DNA of 63,961 nucleotides, filler included. It is 4 parts of 4 records of this genome, joined end to end, with 100 filler letters (N's around TTAATTAATTAA, not from the genome) between each part and the next. Parts side by side here need not be neighbours in the genome. Positions count along the whole stretch, not along the records: positions 1 to 29,727 come from SRR2962707_1107; positions 29,828 to 44,997 come from SRR2962707_1117; 2 more parts are not named here. One strand, 5' to 3'. The position numbers and the translations under genes are program-made. This document shows, in pieces, positions 20,042 to 30,053 of the stretch. The notes beneath the pieces are model-generated. The model saw nothing but the letters and a program-made list of their open reading frames with translations. It had not been told where the DNA came from and searched no databases. Positions within the stretch are counted from its first letter, which is position 1. Every line of letters begins with the position of its first letter.

Positions 20042-21724
20042 ATGAATGACTTTCTGCATGGGAATTCGACCTTGAGCGCCAATCCTTATGAAACCGATCT
20101 CGACCGTAACGCCGCCAATTATCAGCCGCTGACGCCATTGGCGCATCTTGAGCGTGCGGCGCTGATCCACCCTGATCACATAGCCATCATCCATGGCGCG
20201 ATGCGCACGAGCTACCGGGACTTTCTGAAGCGCTCCAAACAGCTTGCCAATGCAATGTCGGGACTGGGGCTTTCAAAGGGTGACACTGTTTCGGTGATGC
20301 TGTCGAACACACCGGCAATGCTCGAGGCCCACCACGGCGTGCCGATGATCGGCGCGGTTCTGCATTCCATCAACACCCGGCTTGATGCCCAGGCCATCGC
20401 CTTTCAGCTTGATCACGCCGACTGCAAGGTCCTCATCGTCGATCGCGAATTCTCCGCTGTCATGGCCGAGGCGCTGACGCTCTGCGAAGCCGACCCTGTG
20501 GTGATCGATTATGACGACACCGAGTACCCCGACGACGCCCCGTTTCCCAAGGGCGAGCGCATCGGTTCGCATGATTATGAGGAATTCGTTCGCACCGGGT
20601 CACCGGATTTCACCCGAACCCTGCCTGACGATGAATGGGAATCCGTTTCGCTTAACTATACATCCGGCACGACAGGAAATCCCAAGGGCGTGGTCTACCA
20701 TCACCGTGGCGCGGCCATGATGGGGTACTCCAATGTCATTGCTTCAGGAATGGGCCGGCACCCGGTCTACCTGTGGACCCTGCCGATGTTTCACTGCAAT
20801 GGCTGGTGCTTTCCCTGGACGCTCGGCGTGGTCGGCGGCACCCACGTCTGCCTGCGCTGGGTCCGCGCCAAGGCCATGTATGACGCCATTGCCGATCATG
20901 GCGTGACCCACCTGTGCGGAGCGCCGATTGTGATGTCGACGCTGCTGAACGCGACCGAGGAGGAAAAACGCGAGTTTTCCCAGACCGTCAGCTTCAACAC
21001 GGCCGCCGCCCCTCCACCCGAGGCCGTCCTTGCCGGCATGGCCGACGCAGGTTTCGAGGTTGTCCATCTTTACGGGCTGACCGAGACCTACGGACCCGCT
21101 GTCGTCAACGAGTGGAAAAGGGAGTGGTCAGATCTTGATCGCGGTGCCCGCACCACCAAGAAGGCCCGTCAGGGTGTGCGCTACCCGGCGCTGGAAAACC
21201 TGGCAGTGATGAACCCTGAGACCATGGGAAATGTGCCTGCCGACGGCGAAACAATCGGCGAAGTCATGTTCCGCGGCAATATCGTCATGAAGGGTTACCT
21301 GAAAAATCCCGCGGCCAGCGAAGAGGCTTTCCGCGGTGGCTGGTTTCACTCCGGCGATCTTGGTGTCATGCACCCCGACGGATATCTGCAGCTCAAGGAC
21401 CGATCGAAGGACATCATCATTTCGGGCGGAGAAAACATCTCGTCGATCGAGGTCGAGGATGCGCTCTACAAGCATCCCGGGATCATGGCTGCGGCAGTGG
21501 TGGCGAGGCCCGATGACAAGTGGGGCGAAACCCCATGCGCTTTCGTTGAACTGCGAGCCGGCTACAGTTTGAGCGAACAAGAAGTCATCGAGCATTGCCG
21601 TGGACTGTTGGCAAGATTCAAATGCCCGAGAACTGTTGTCTTCCACGAGGTGCCCAAGACATCGACCGGCAAGATCCAGAAATACCTGCTGCGCGACCAG
21701 GCCAAGAACCTCAGCTCTTCCTGA
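20042..21724 (+). CDS. Acyl-CoA synthetase (AMP-forming; DmdB/AAE-like clade)
   Basis: Motifs YTSGTTGNPKG, YGLTE, GWFHSGD and PKTSTGKIQK. N-terminus LDRNAANYQPLTPL. Confidence 0.92.
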   Translation: MNDFLHGNSTLSANPYETDLDRNAANYQPLTPLAHLERAALIHPDHIAIIHGAMRTSYRDFLKRSKQLANAMSGLGLSKGDTVSVMLSNTPAMLEAHHGVPMIGAVLHSINTRLDAQAIAFQLDHADCKVLIVDREFSAVMAEALTLCEADPVVIDYDDTEYPDDAPFPKGERIGSHDYEEFVRTGSPDFTRTLPDDEWESVSLNYTSGTTGNPKGVVYHHRGAAMMGYSNVIASGMGRHPVYLWTLPMFHCNGWCFPWTLGVVGGTHVCLRWVRAKAMYDAIADHGVTHLCGAPIVMSTLLNATEEEKREFSQTVSFNTAAAPPPEAVLAGMADAGFEVVHLYGLTETYGPAVVNEWKREWSDLDRGARTTKKARQGVRYPALENLAVMNPETMGNVPADGETIGEVMFRGNIVMKGYLKNPAASEEAFRGGWFHSGDLGVMHPDGYLQLKDRSKDIIISGGENISSIEVEDALYKHPGIMAAAVVARPDDKWGETPCAFVELRAGYSLSEQEVIEHCRGLLARFKCPRTVVFHEVPKTSTGKIQKYLLRDQAKNLSSS

Positions 21725-21885
21725 AGCTGCCCTGCACACAAATCATGCTGCGCTTCTGCGTTTGAAAGGCCTTATGTTGCCATGCTTTCAAGACTTTGAG
21801 CCAGTCTTGAGGCAAACAAAGTCACGCAATTTTCATCGCACACAAAAGACTTGCCGGTCCAGATTGTTTAAATTAGCTTGCATGC

Positions 21886-22143
21886 ATGACCATGGATGCT
21901 TTTCAAGCTATTGCCGATCCCAACAGACGTTATCTTCTGGAGGAATTGCGCCGCCAGCCTCGTACGGTCAACGAACTGGCAGAGGGCCTGCCAATCAGCA
22001 GACCGGCTGTTTCACAACACCTCAAGGCGCTTCTTGAAAGCAAACTGGTGACTGTGACAAGTAAGGGTACCCGGCGGATTTACACGGTCCGGACCGACGG
22101 GTTCATGCGCCTCAATCTGTGGGTCGACCAGTTCTGGTCCTGA
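21886..22143 (+). CDS. ArsR/SmtB-family regulator
   Basis: FQAIADPNRR...ISRPAVSQHLKAL...GTRRIY. Confidence 0.87.
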   Translation: MTMDAFQAIADPNRRYLLEELRRQPRTVNELAEGLPISRPAVSQHLKALLESKLVTVTSKGTRRIYTVRTDGFMRLNLWVDQFWS

Positions 22144-22255
22144 CCTCGTCGAGGCTCCGGCAAAAGTCCATTCTTTAAAGCAATACCGAAAGCGCGCCGA
22201 GCCCGGCGCTCATTCCTGCATCTATCAAGGGTCACGGCCGGCTTGCCCGGGAATC

Positions 22256-22282
22256 AAAAGGCGCGGGAAACTTCCCGCGCCT
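22256..22282 (-). terminator. Terminator between ArsR and DUF465 genes
   Basis: AAAAGGCGCGGGAA-AC-TTCCCGCGCCT. Confidence 0.7.
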
Positions 22283-22311
22283 GCTGTCATCCTCGTGTCA
22301 TGCAAATCTGA

Positions 22312-22488
22312 TCAATGTTGCGTATCGGCTCGAAGGCGGTTGATCTGATCCTTGAGCTTGAGCTTGCGCCGTTTGATATCCACAATCATATCGTCATGAA
22401 CGGATGGCTGGGATTGCACCGTGCGGAGTTGGGCCTCCAGTTCGCCATGCTTTTTTTCAAGCGTGGCAAGGTGAGCATCAATCGACAT
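22312..22488 (-). CDS. DUF465/YdcH-family small protein
   Basis: MSIDAHLATLEKKH...IKRRKLKLKDQI with an AGGAG RBS upstream. Confidence 0.85.
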   Translation of the reverse strand: MSIDAHLATLEKKHGELEAQLRTVQSQPSVHDDMIVDIKRRKLKLKDQINRLRADTQH

Positions 22489-22700
22489 AAGCGACTCCTT
22501 TGTTGGGCTGCGCCGGCGCCGGAACACCGGTGCAAATCGTTTGTTGACACCAAAGAGTGTGCCACGGCTTTTCCCATTTGTCGAAGATCATTTCTTCAAC
22601 AGGGATAACTTCCCGTTACCACTGTTTTTATGGTACGAGCGCCCGCATGACACCAAAGTCGGACCAGGCGCCGACAGGATGCGTTTAACGGGGAAACTGC

Positions 22701-22904
22701 ATGTCCAATCAGGAACAGGCGGAGCTTCGCATGCTGGTGGCGCGTTTGCGCCATGAGCACGAAGACTTCGACGCCGCCATCAATGCAATGATTCAGGTTG
22801 GCTGTGACCAGCTGCGTGTTCAGCGGATGAAGAAAAAGAAGCTGGCGATCAAGGACAAGATCATTGAAATCGAAGACCAGATCATACCGGATATAATTGC
22901 CTGA
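22701..22904 (+). CDS. DUF465/YdcH-family small protein
   Basis: LRHEHEDFD...[12 protein letters not shown]...PDIIA, directly upstream of purE. Confidence 0.85.
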   Translation: MSNQEQAELRMLVARLRHEHEDFDAAINAMIQVGCDQLRVQRMKKKKLAIKDKIIEIEDQIIPDIIA

Positions 22905-22917
22905 CCGGGAGCAACCC

Positions 22918-23418
22918 ATGAGCCAAACCGAACCACCAAAGGTCGCCGTTATCATGGGCAGTCAATCTGACTGGCCAACCATGAAGCACGCCTCGGAAAC
23001 GCTGGATGAGCTGGGGATTTCTCACAAGCCTCTCATCGTATCAGCACACCGGACACCCGACCGCCTGGTTTCATTTGCCAAGAACGCCCGCGCTGAGGGC
23101 TACAAGGTGATTGTTGCGGGCGCCGGCGGTGCAGCACATCTGCCCGGCATGACCGCCGCCTTCACTCCGCTGCCAGTTTTCGGGGTTCCTATCGAATCCA
23201 AGGCGCTTTCGGGTCAGGACAGCCTGTTGTCGATCGTGCAGATGCCCGCCGGCATTCCCGTTGGAACTCTGGCAATCGGAAAGCCTGGCGCCATCAACGC
23301 AGCCCTGCTTGCAGCAAGCGTGCTGGCACTCTCTGACGAAGCCCTGGCCCAAAGGCTCGACGCCTGGCGGCAGGCGCGAACCGACGCAGTTGCTGATCAG
23401 CCGGTGGACCATCCATGA
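22918..23418 (+). CDS. purE: N5-carboxyaminoimidazole ribonucleotide mutase
   Basis: Motifs [26 protein letters not shown] and SIVQMP. Confidence 0.96.
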   Translation: MSQTEPPKVAVIMGSQSDWPTMKHASETLDELGISHKPLIVSAHRTPDRLVSFAKNARAEGYKVIVAGAGGAAHLPGMTAAFTPLPVFGVPIESKALSGQDSLLSIVQMPAGIPVGTLAIGKPGAINAALLAASVLALSDEALAQRLDAWRQARTDAVADQPVDHP

Positions 23419-24548
23419 GTACCGAAGCACTCCCACCCGGTTCAGTCATCGGAATTATCGGCGGCGGACAATTGGGCCGCATGCTGGCCATGGCAGCTGC
23501 CCGGCTCGGATACCAGACCATCATTCTGGAGCCCGACAGCAATGCCCCGGCTGAGCAAGTCGCCAACACCCAGATTGTCGCCGACTATGATGACCCGGCA
23601 GCGCTGCAGCAATTGGCTGATCTTTGCGACGTGGTCACCTACGAGTTCGAGAATGTACCGGTCAAAGCGGTTCAGTGGCTCGAATCCCGCGTTGCGGTCA
23701 GACCTGGTTCGAAAGCTCTTGAAGTTGCTCAGGACCGTTTGCTTGAGAAAGCAATGGCACGTCAACTGGGCGCGGAAACCGCACTGTTCGCCGCGGTCTC
23801 GAGACGCACTGAACTCGACGGAGCCATCGCCATCACCGGATTGCCGGCTGTGTTGAAGACAACGCGGCTCGGCTATGATGGCAAGGGACAGGCGAAATTG
23901 CTGCGTCCAGATGATGCCGACACTGCATTTGGTGCCATGCAGGGCCAAATGGCCATTCTCGAATCCTTCGTCCATTTCGAATGCGAGGTTTCAGTTGTTG
24001 CCGCCCGCGGTCTCTCCGGCGAAGTTCGCGCCTTTGACGTTTCGGAGAATGTCCACCGCAACCACATCCTGCACACGTCCACCGTGCCCTCCGGTCTCGG
24101 TCCCGAGGCGCAATCCGAGGCCCTGAGAATTGCGTCAGCGATCGCCGCGCATCTGGAATATGTCGGGGTTTTTGCCGTTGAGTTCTTCGCCGTACGCGAG
24201 GATGGCAAACATCGGCTGCTGGTCAACGAAATCGCGCCGCGGGTTCACAATTCAGGCCACTGGACAGAAGCTGCCTGCGCCATATCGCAGTTCGAGCAGC
24301 ATATTCGCGCCATTGCCGGCCTTCCTCTTGGCGACACAAGACGCCATTCCGATTGCGTGATGGAGAATCTCATCGGGTCCGACATCTATAACGTCGCCGA
24401 ATTGGCGGGCGAGCCGAATGCTGTCCTGCATCTTTATGGCAAGTCCGAAGCACGCCCGGGCCGCAAAATGGGCCACGTCACCCGGATAAGCGCGCAAACC
24501 GAGCCATTTGGGCGCGATCAGGACGGGAAAAAGCCGTCCCATAGTTGA
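23415..24548 (+). CDS. purK: N5-carboxyaminoimidazole ribonucleotide synthase
   Basis: Motifs [32 protein letters not shown] and RKMGH. Confidence 0.96.
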   Translation: MSTEALPPGSVIGIIGGGQLGRMLAMAAARLGYQTIILEPDSNAPAEQVANTQIVADYDDPAALQQLADLCDVVTYEFENVPVKAVQWLESRVAVRPGSKALEVAQDRLLEKAMARQLGAETALFAAVSRRTELDGAIAITGLPAVLKTTRLGYDGKGQAKLLRPDDADTAFGAMQGQMAILESFVHFECEVSVVAARGLSGEVRAFDVSENVHRNHILHTSTVPSGLGPEAQSEALRIASAIAAHLEYVGVFAVEFFAVREDGKHRLLVNEIAPRVHNSGHWTEAACAISQFEQHIRAIAGLPLGDTRRHSDCVMENLIGSDIYNVAELAGEPNAVLHLYGKSEARPGRKMGHVTRISAQTEPFGRDQDGKKPSHS

Positions 24549-24660
24549 CAGCAAATGACCGAAGGGCTACATCCCCTTCCAACCGATGAGCGCGTCCTTG
24601 CTGGCGCGCTTTTGATTGATGAGGCGGCTTGGCTGCCCGGATAACACGCGGATCAGAACA

Positions 24661-24786
24661 ATGAAGATCAAAAATTCGCTTAAAGCGCTCAAAGCTCGTC
24701 ACCGTGACAACCAGCTGGTTCGTCGTAAAGGCCGGGTCTACATCATCAACAAGATGAACCCACGCTTCAAGGCTCGCCAGGGCTGA
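24661..24786 (+). CDS. rpmJ: 50S ribosomal protein L36 (type B, Zn-free)
   Basis: [41 protein letters not shown], 41 aa, below the ORF-track cut-off. Confidence 0.96.
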   Translation: MKIKNSLKALKARHRDNQLVRRKGRVYIINKMNPRFKARQG

Positions 24787-24856
24787 AGCTGACGGCCGTT
24801 TGGCCATCACTGAAATTTGCATTTGATATTTGGCGCAGACGGACTAGTTTTCCGTC

Positions 24857-25465
24857 ATGCGCCATTTTTCGTATTCCAAAATTGCTTCCAGTGTCTTTGC
24901 AGCTTTCTTATGCTGCAACGCTGCCAATATGCCGGCTTTCGCCAAAACCGACAGCCTGAGCCCGGTTGCGGTTGCAAATCAAGCAGCCGATACGCTCGAT
25001 TCGCTCTTTGCGGAGCTCAAGCGCGAACGAAAAGACAGCCAGGCCAAGCGAATCAGTGAGCGCATCTGGGCCAAGTGGCGCGATTCAGGCAGTGCCACAG
25101 CGAACCTTTTGATGCAGTGGGCCGACAAGGCTGTAGCTGAGCAGAAGAATGGCCTGGCTCTCGACCTGCTTGACCAGGTTGTCGTACTGATGCCGGAGTT
25201 TGCGGAAGGCTGGAACCGCAGGGCGACACTGAATTATGCAATGGGCAATCACGGCAAATCCATGTCCGACATCGCCCGCGTCCTCAGGCTCGAACCGCGC
25301 CATTTCGGCGCCATCTCAGGTATGGCCGCCATACTCGCGGCATCCGGAAACGACGAGCTCGAGCTGCGGGCCTGGGAGCAAGTGCTGGACATCTACCCGG
25401 CGAACCGGCAGGCCCAGACAAGGATCGGTGAACTGGCGGACAAATTGACAGGCAGCAGGATCTGA
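24857..25465 (+). CDS. Secreted TPR-repeat protein
   Basis: Signal peptide followed by the TPR pattern EGWNRRAT...LEPRHFGA. Confidence 0.82.
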   Translation: MRHFSYSKIASSVFAAFLCCNAANMPAFAKTDSLSPVAVANQAADTLDSLFAELKRERKDSQAKRISERIWAKWRDSGSATANLLMQWADKAVAEQKNGLALDLLDQVVVLMPEFAEGWNRRATLNYAMGNHGKSMSDIARVLRLEPRHFGAISGMAAILAASGNDELELRAWEQVLDIYPANRQAQTRIGELADKLTGSRI

Positions 25466-25540
25466 AACTTTCCTCCCGTGTACCCCGATGGAACAACACA
25501 AGCCGTTCCTGCTTCTCAAACCTGTTGGCACTCATTGCTC

Positions 25541-26584
25541 ATGCTCGCTCAAAGCCCGGTCCGAACTGTCTTGATCATTCTGATCGCCATTATCGTCGTG
25601 CTGTTGGCAGCACTTGCTGCCTGGACCCGAGTTAAGGCGCGCGAGATCGAGACACTTTATCCTCCCTCCGGAGAGATGATCGATGTCGGCGGCTACAAGC
25701 TCCATGCCGTGCACGTGCCGCGTCCGGCTGACGCAGATCTGCCGCCGCTCGTGTTCATTCACGGCGCCAGCGGCAACCTGCTGGATCAGTCAGTGCCGTT
25801 CCGGCCCAGGTTCGAGGGGCGCGCTGAGATGCTGTTCATTGATCGGCCAGGCCATGGCTGGTCGGAACGCGGCGGCACTGCCAATGCCACGCCCGACGGA
25901 CAGGCCGATGCCATCGCCGCCGCCATGAAAGCCAAAGGCATATCCAGGGCCATCATCATCGGTCACTCCTTCGGCGGCGCTATCGCTGCAAGTTTTGCGC
26001 TCGCCCATCCCCAGATGACTGCCGGTCTGGTCTTCCTGGCTCCTGCCACCCATTCCTGGCCCGGCGGTATCGCCTGGTATTACGGTCTGACGCAGACGCC
26101 GCTGGTGGGGCCACTGTTCGCCAATACGCTCGCCCTGCCCGCTGGTCTGTCCCGGCTGGAAAGCGGCTCGGCTTGCGTCTTCGCGCCCAACCCCAAGCCC
26201 GACGACTACATCGCCAGAACCGCCCCTGCGCTGGTGCTCAGACCGCGCGCCTTTCGCAACAATGCAATCGATGTGGCCAATCTCAAACCCTATGTGACCC
26301 GGATCGCGCCGCGCTACCCCGAGATCAAGAGCCCGACCGTAATCGTCACCGGCGACAGCGATTCGGTTGTCCTTGCCCATATCCACTCGGAAGGACTGGC
26401 GCGCGACATCGAAGGCGCGGACCTGGTCTGGATCCGCAACCTCGGCCACAAGCCTGATCACGTCACGACAGATCTGGCAGTCCGCGCAATCGAGAAAGTG
26501 GCCGGCAAAGATGTCGATCTGAAAGTAGCAGCAGCAATGGCCGAAGCTTCCCTGGCAGCCGACGACGCCAGCTGCCAAGGTTGA
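25541..26584 (+). CDS. Membrane-anchored alpha/beta hydrolase
   Basis: N-terminal TM, then FIHGASG, DRPGHG, nucleophile GHSFGG and GH near the C-terminus. Start approximate. Confidence 0.87.
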   Translation: MLAQSPVRTVLIILIAIIVVLLAALAAWTRVKAREIETLYPPSGEMIDVGGYKLHAVHVPRPADADLPPLVFIHGASGNLLDQSVPFRPRFEGRAEMLFIDRPGHGWSERGGTANATPDGQADAIAAAMKAKGISRAIIIGHSFGGAIAASFALAHPQMTAGLVFLAPATHSWPGGIAWYYGLTQTPLVGPLFANTLALPAGLSRLESGSACVFAPNPKPDDYIARTAPALVLRPRAFRNNAIDVANLKPYVTRIAPRYPEIKSPTVIVTGDSDSVVLAHIHSEGLARDIEGADLVWIRNLGHKPDHVTTDLAVRAIEKVAGKDVDLKVAAAMAEASLAADDASCQG

Positions 26585-26612
26585 TAAACCAATTCATCCA
26601 ATCTGATTGAAA

Positions 26613-28052
26613 TCAGATGCCGGTCATCCCGTCGGAACCGATATAGGCAATCCGCAGCATGTTGGTCGAGCCGGGGGTACCAAGTGGAACGCCGGCTGAA
26701 ATAATGATGCGGTCGCCCGGCTTGCCGAATTCCTCGCGGAACGCAATCCGGCAGGCCCGGTCAACCATATCGTCGAGATCGGTCGCGTCCTGGGTGACAA
26801 CGCAGTGCAGTCCCCACACGACGGAAAGCCGCCGCGCCGTCTGTATCACCGGCGACAGCGCGATAACCGGCACATTCGGCCGCTCACGCGCAGCACGCAG
26901 GCCGGTGTTGCCTGACGAGGTGTAGCAAACGATTGCAGACAGGTTGAGCGTCTCGGCAATCTGGCGTGCTGCCAATGAGATCGCATCGGCGCCAGTTGAG
27001 TCAGGCTGCGGGCGCTGGGCATAGATGATGCCGGGATAGTTGGGGTCACGCTCCACCTTGCGGGCAATCGACGCCATCATGTTGACCGCTTCAACCGGGT
27101 AATCCCCCGCAGCGGATTCAGCAGACAGCATCACCGCATCAGCACCTTCAAACACGGCAGTGGCGACATCGGAGACTTCGGCGCGGGTGGGAACAGATGC
27201 CGAAATCATCGATTCCAGCATCTGGGTCGCAACCACTACCGGCTTGCCGGCTTTGCGGCAGGCACGGATGAGCTGCTTCTGGATACCGGGCACCGATTCA
27301 ACCGGCATCTCCACGCCAAGATCGCCGCGTGCGACCATCAATGCGTCCGAAAGTTCAATGATTTCATCAATACGCTCGAGAGCCTGAGGCTTTTCGATCT
27401 TCGACATCAGACCAACCCGACCGCGGGCAATCTTTCGAACTTCCGCCAGGTCTTCCGGTCTTTGAATGAACGACAGCGCAACCCAGTCGACATCGTCCAC
27501 AGCCAGAACAGCGTCGAGATCGCTCCTGTCTTTTTCGGTCAGGGCACCGCTCTGAAGCAGAGTATCAGGCAGGCTGACGCCCTTGCGATCAGAGATCTTG
27601 GTGCCGCTGACGACCGTACAGACAATCGATGTCTTGTTGGATTTGACCGCAAGCAGGCTCAACCGGCCGTCATCAATCAGCAACCGGTGGCCCGGCTGTA
27701 CCGCTTCTAGAATTTCCGGATGCGGCAGATAGACCCGTGTCGCGTCGCCGGGAGTGTCCTTGTTGTCGAGGGTGAAGGTCTGGCCTGCGGTCAGCGTCGC
27801 AGACCCTTCCGCAAACTTGCCCACCCGCAACTTCGGACCCTGAAGATCGGCAAGGATGCCGATCGGCCGGCCGCACGTTTTTTCCACCGCCCGGATGCGG
27901 CCAACCAGCGTGCGCATCAGCTCATGGCTCGAATGGCTCATGTTGATGCGGAACAGGTCGGCGCCCGCTTCATGCAGTTTCTGGATCATCGCCTCGTCCG
28001 ACGATGCCGGTCCGAGTGTTGCGAGGATTTTCACGTTGCGTAGCCGCTTCAT
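26613..28052 (-). CDS. pyk: Pyruvate kinase
   Basis: Motifs KILATLGP, RINMSH, DLQGPK, MVARGDLGVE, ATQMLESM and MLSAES. Confidence 0.97.
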   Translation of the reverse strand: MKRLRNVKILATLGPASSDEAMIQKLHEAGADLFRINMSHSSHELMRTLVGRIRAVEKTCGRPIGILADLQGPKLRVGKFAEGSATLTAGQTFTLDNKDTPGDATRVYLPHPEILEAVQPGHRLLIDDGRLSLLAVKSNKTSIVCTVVSGTKISDRKGVSLPDTLLQSGALTEKDRSDLDAVLAVDDVDWVALSFIQRPEDLAEVRKIARGRVGLMSKIEKPQALERIDEIIELSDALMVARGDLGVEMPVESVPGIQKQLIRACRKAGKPVVVATQMLESMISASVPTRAEVSDVATAVFEGADAVMLSAESAAGDYPVEAVNMMASIARKVERDPNYPGIIYAQRPQPDSTGADAISLAARQIAETLNLSAIVCYTSSGNTGLRAARERPNVPVIALSPVIQTARRLSVVWGLHCVVTQDATDLDDMVDRACRIAFREEFGKPGDRIIISAGVPLGTPGSTNMLRIAYIGSDGMTGI

Positions 28053-28525
28053 CAATTCTGGCTTTCTGGCGCTTCCGGGGCATCCGATAGCTGGACCATC
28101 CAGCTGCCTTGTCTCCCGGTATCGTATTCTTTGAATCCCACACGCTGGAAACCACGGGCGAAACAATCCGCGACCCCGACAATGCGAAATTCATTGTCGG
28201 CGACGCACATGTTGATGTCACCAGCCCAGCGGCCACCACCACCAGCATCCTCTGCATAGAGGTAATAATAGCGGGAACCGAGCTGACCTTCGATCAGGGT
28301 GGCACAGGAGTTTGCAGGAATCTGCCACCAGCCTTCCGTCACCCAGCCTTCTCCAGTCCGGTATCCGATTGCACCGCCAACAAGCGATTGTGTACCGTTA
28401 CACACCCGAAAATCTGCTTTCGCATCCTGGGCCGAGGCAAGCATCAATGCCCCGCCAGCCAGCGGGATGAGCACGGTAAATCTGACTATGGCAAAACAGG
28501 CTTTTGGCAACTTGCGAAACAACAA
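28052..28525 (-). CDS. DUF1036-family secreted protein
   Basis: FRVCN, EGWW, RYYYLYA and DCFARG. TGATG coupling to pyk. Start uncertain. Confidence 0.8.
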   Translation of the reverse strand: MLFRKLPKACFAIVRFTVLIPLAGGALMLASAQDAKADFRVCNGTQSLVGGAIGYRTGEGWVTEGWWQIPANSCATLIEGQLGSRYYYLYAEDAGGGGRWAGDINMCVADNEFRIVGVADCFARGFQRVGFKEYDTGRQGSWMVQLSDAPEAPESQN

Positions 28526-28746
28526 TTTCGGTCAGTCTCCGCTCTCGATCTGTGCTTTGCTTTTTGCGCCGGGGGCCAATGAAAGTCAACGAAGACACCA
28601 GATCAAAGTCAAGCTTTACAGGCCAATCGCGCTTTTACGTCCCTATCTCAGACAAACAGCCTGATTCGGATGGTTGCCGATAAAGCTCGCCTATGCAATT
28701 GATCCGGGTTCCTAGACTGACTTCCAACCTGGCGTAAGAATCTGAC

Positions 28747-29529
28747 ATGTCCGGCTTTCAGCCTTTTGAAATCATTCCTGGCGACCCAAGCCACTCACTG
28801 GTGATTCTTGGCGACCATGCCATGAACCGCCTGCCTGTCGAATACGGTGATCTGGGGCTACCCGCGCAAGCATTCACCCGGCACATCGCCTATGATATCG
28901 GCGTTGAAGAGGTTACCCGAAAGCTCGCCTCGCGACTGGGCGTACCCGCGGTCCTTGGCTGTTTTTCCCGTTTGCTGATTGATCCCAACCGGGGCGAAGA
29001 CGACCCGACCCTGATCATGAAGCTCTCCGATGGCATGGTAATTCCCGCCAACCATCCGCTTTCGGCCGAAGAACGCGAACGTCGTCTCAACCTCTACCAT
29101 CGGCCCTACCATGATACCGTCGCCTCGGTGATTGCCGAAACCTGGCGCAAATCCGACAAGCCACCGCTTGTTATTTCACTTCACTCGTTCACACACGCCT
29201 GGAAAGAGGTTGCAAGGCCCTGGCACGCCGGGGTCTTGTGGGACACCGATCCACGGGCGGTGTACCCGTTGATCGAGGCGCTGAGTGCCGATCCGGCCCT
29301 GATCGTCGGAGACAACGAGCCCTATGACGGGGCGCTCAGAGGCGACACCATGCATCGCCATTGCTCAATGACCGGTCTCGCGCATGCGTTGCTCGAAATC
29401 CGGCAGGACCTGATTGCAGACACAGCCGGCGTGGACTCCTGGGTCGATCGCCTTGCTCCCATTCTTGCTGCTTTGACCGGATTGCCGGAACTGCACGAGA
29501 TTGAACTTCACGGGTCCCGTGTCACTTGA
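28747..29529 (+). CDS. N-formylglutamate amidohydrolase family
   Basis: Motifs HIAYDIG, SRLLIDPNR, PYH, SLHSFT, GDNEPY and EIRQDL. Confidence 0.9.
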   Translation: MSGFQPFEIIPGDPSHSLVILGDHAMNRLPVEYGDLGLPAQAFTRHIAYDIGVEEVTRKLASRLGVPAVLGCFSRLLIDPNRGEDDPTLIMKLSDGMVIPANHPLSAEERERRLNLYHRPYHDTVASVIAETWRKSDKPPLVISLHSFTHAWKEVARPWHAGVLWDTDPRAVYPLIEALSADPALIVGDNEPYDGALRGDTMHRHCSMTGLAHALLEIRQDLIADTAGVDSWVDRLAPILAALTGLPELHEIELHGSRVT

Positions 29530-29651
29530 TGACGGTTGAAAGACAGGATTAATCCCTGCGTATCGCGCAAACACCCTTGACCCGAAGCCCGGCTTTGGGC
29601 ACTTGAAGCCTCACACACTTTACCCCCCATTGTCCTTGTAGGAGAGACCTC

Positions 29652-29727
29652 ATGTCTGATTCCGGCGCAGTTGCCCGCGACCAGCTTCGTTCCATTGTCG
29701 AACGTATCGAACGGCTGGAAGAAGAAA
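29652..29727 (+). CDS. gapR: GapR/DUF2312 nucleoid-associated protein, 5' end (partial)
   Basis: MSDSGAVARDQLRSIVERIERLEEE after an AGGAG RBS. Cut by the contig end. Not in the ORF track. Confidence 0.85.
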
Positions 29728-29827
29728 NNNNNNNNNNNNNNNNNNNNNNNNNNNNNNNNNNNNNNNNNNNNTTAATTAATTAANNNNNNNNNNNNNNNNN
29801 NNNNNNNNNNNNNNNNNNNNNNNNNNN
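29728..29827. other. Artificial contig-join spacer
   Basis: N44-TTAATTAATTAA-N44, a six-frame stop linker. Confidence 0.98.
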
Positions 29828-29857
29828 TTTTTTTTTTTTTTTTTTTTTTTTTTACAG
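29828..29857 (+). other. 3' end of a spliceosomal intron (polypyrimidine tract and acceptor)
   Basis: T26 followed by ACAG|G, immediately before an in-frame coding exon. Confidence 0.75.
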
Positions 29858-29953
29858 GTTGCAACGCACCACGGCGTTGACAGCGAAGAGGCGAAGAAAT
29901 ACATCAAAAAAATGCAAACAGACAAACGCTACATTCAGGAGCTGTGGTCATGA
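29858..29953 (+). CDS. Terminal exon of an NADPH-cytochrome P450 reductase-like diflavin reductase
   Basis: VATHHGVDSEEAKKYIKKMQTDKRYIQELWS* matches the CPR-family C-terminus (A..YIKK....RY...WS) with the penultimate FAD-shielding Trp. Not in the ORF track. Confidence 0.8.
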   Translation, partial: VATHHGVDSEEAKKYIKKMQTDKRYIQELWS

Positions 29954-30019
29954 AGCCATTTTTGGGAAAAAAAAACATTGAGCTTGTTGTTTTTGTCAAC
30001 AATAATTTTATATTTACAC

Positions 30020-30025
30020 TTTATT
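30020..30025 (-). promoter_or_regulatory. Candidate polyadenylation signal for the giant gene
   Basis: TTTATT on + reads AATAAA on -, about 30 nt downstream of the stop codon, in an AT-rich 100-bp spacer. Confidence 0.4.
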
Positions 30026-30053
30026 AATTTTTGCTCAGAGTTTTGAGTTTGAG

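Noticed and set aside
29772-29783. TTAATTAATTAA as a regulatory site (also at 45042-45053 and 58730-58741)
   Set aside because: It is an artificial six-frame stop linker centred in N runs.
29828-29853. T26 as the reverse-complemented poly(A) tail of the giant gene's cDNA
   Set aside because: It is followed by ACAG and an in-frame CPR-like terminal exon on +, which fits an intron acceptor better. Internal priming cannot be fully excluded.
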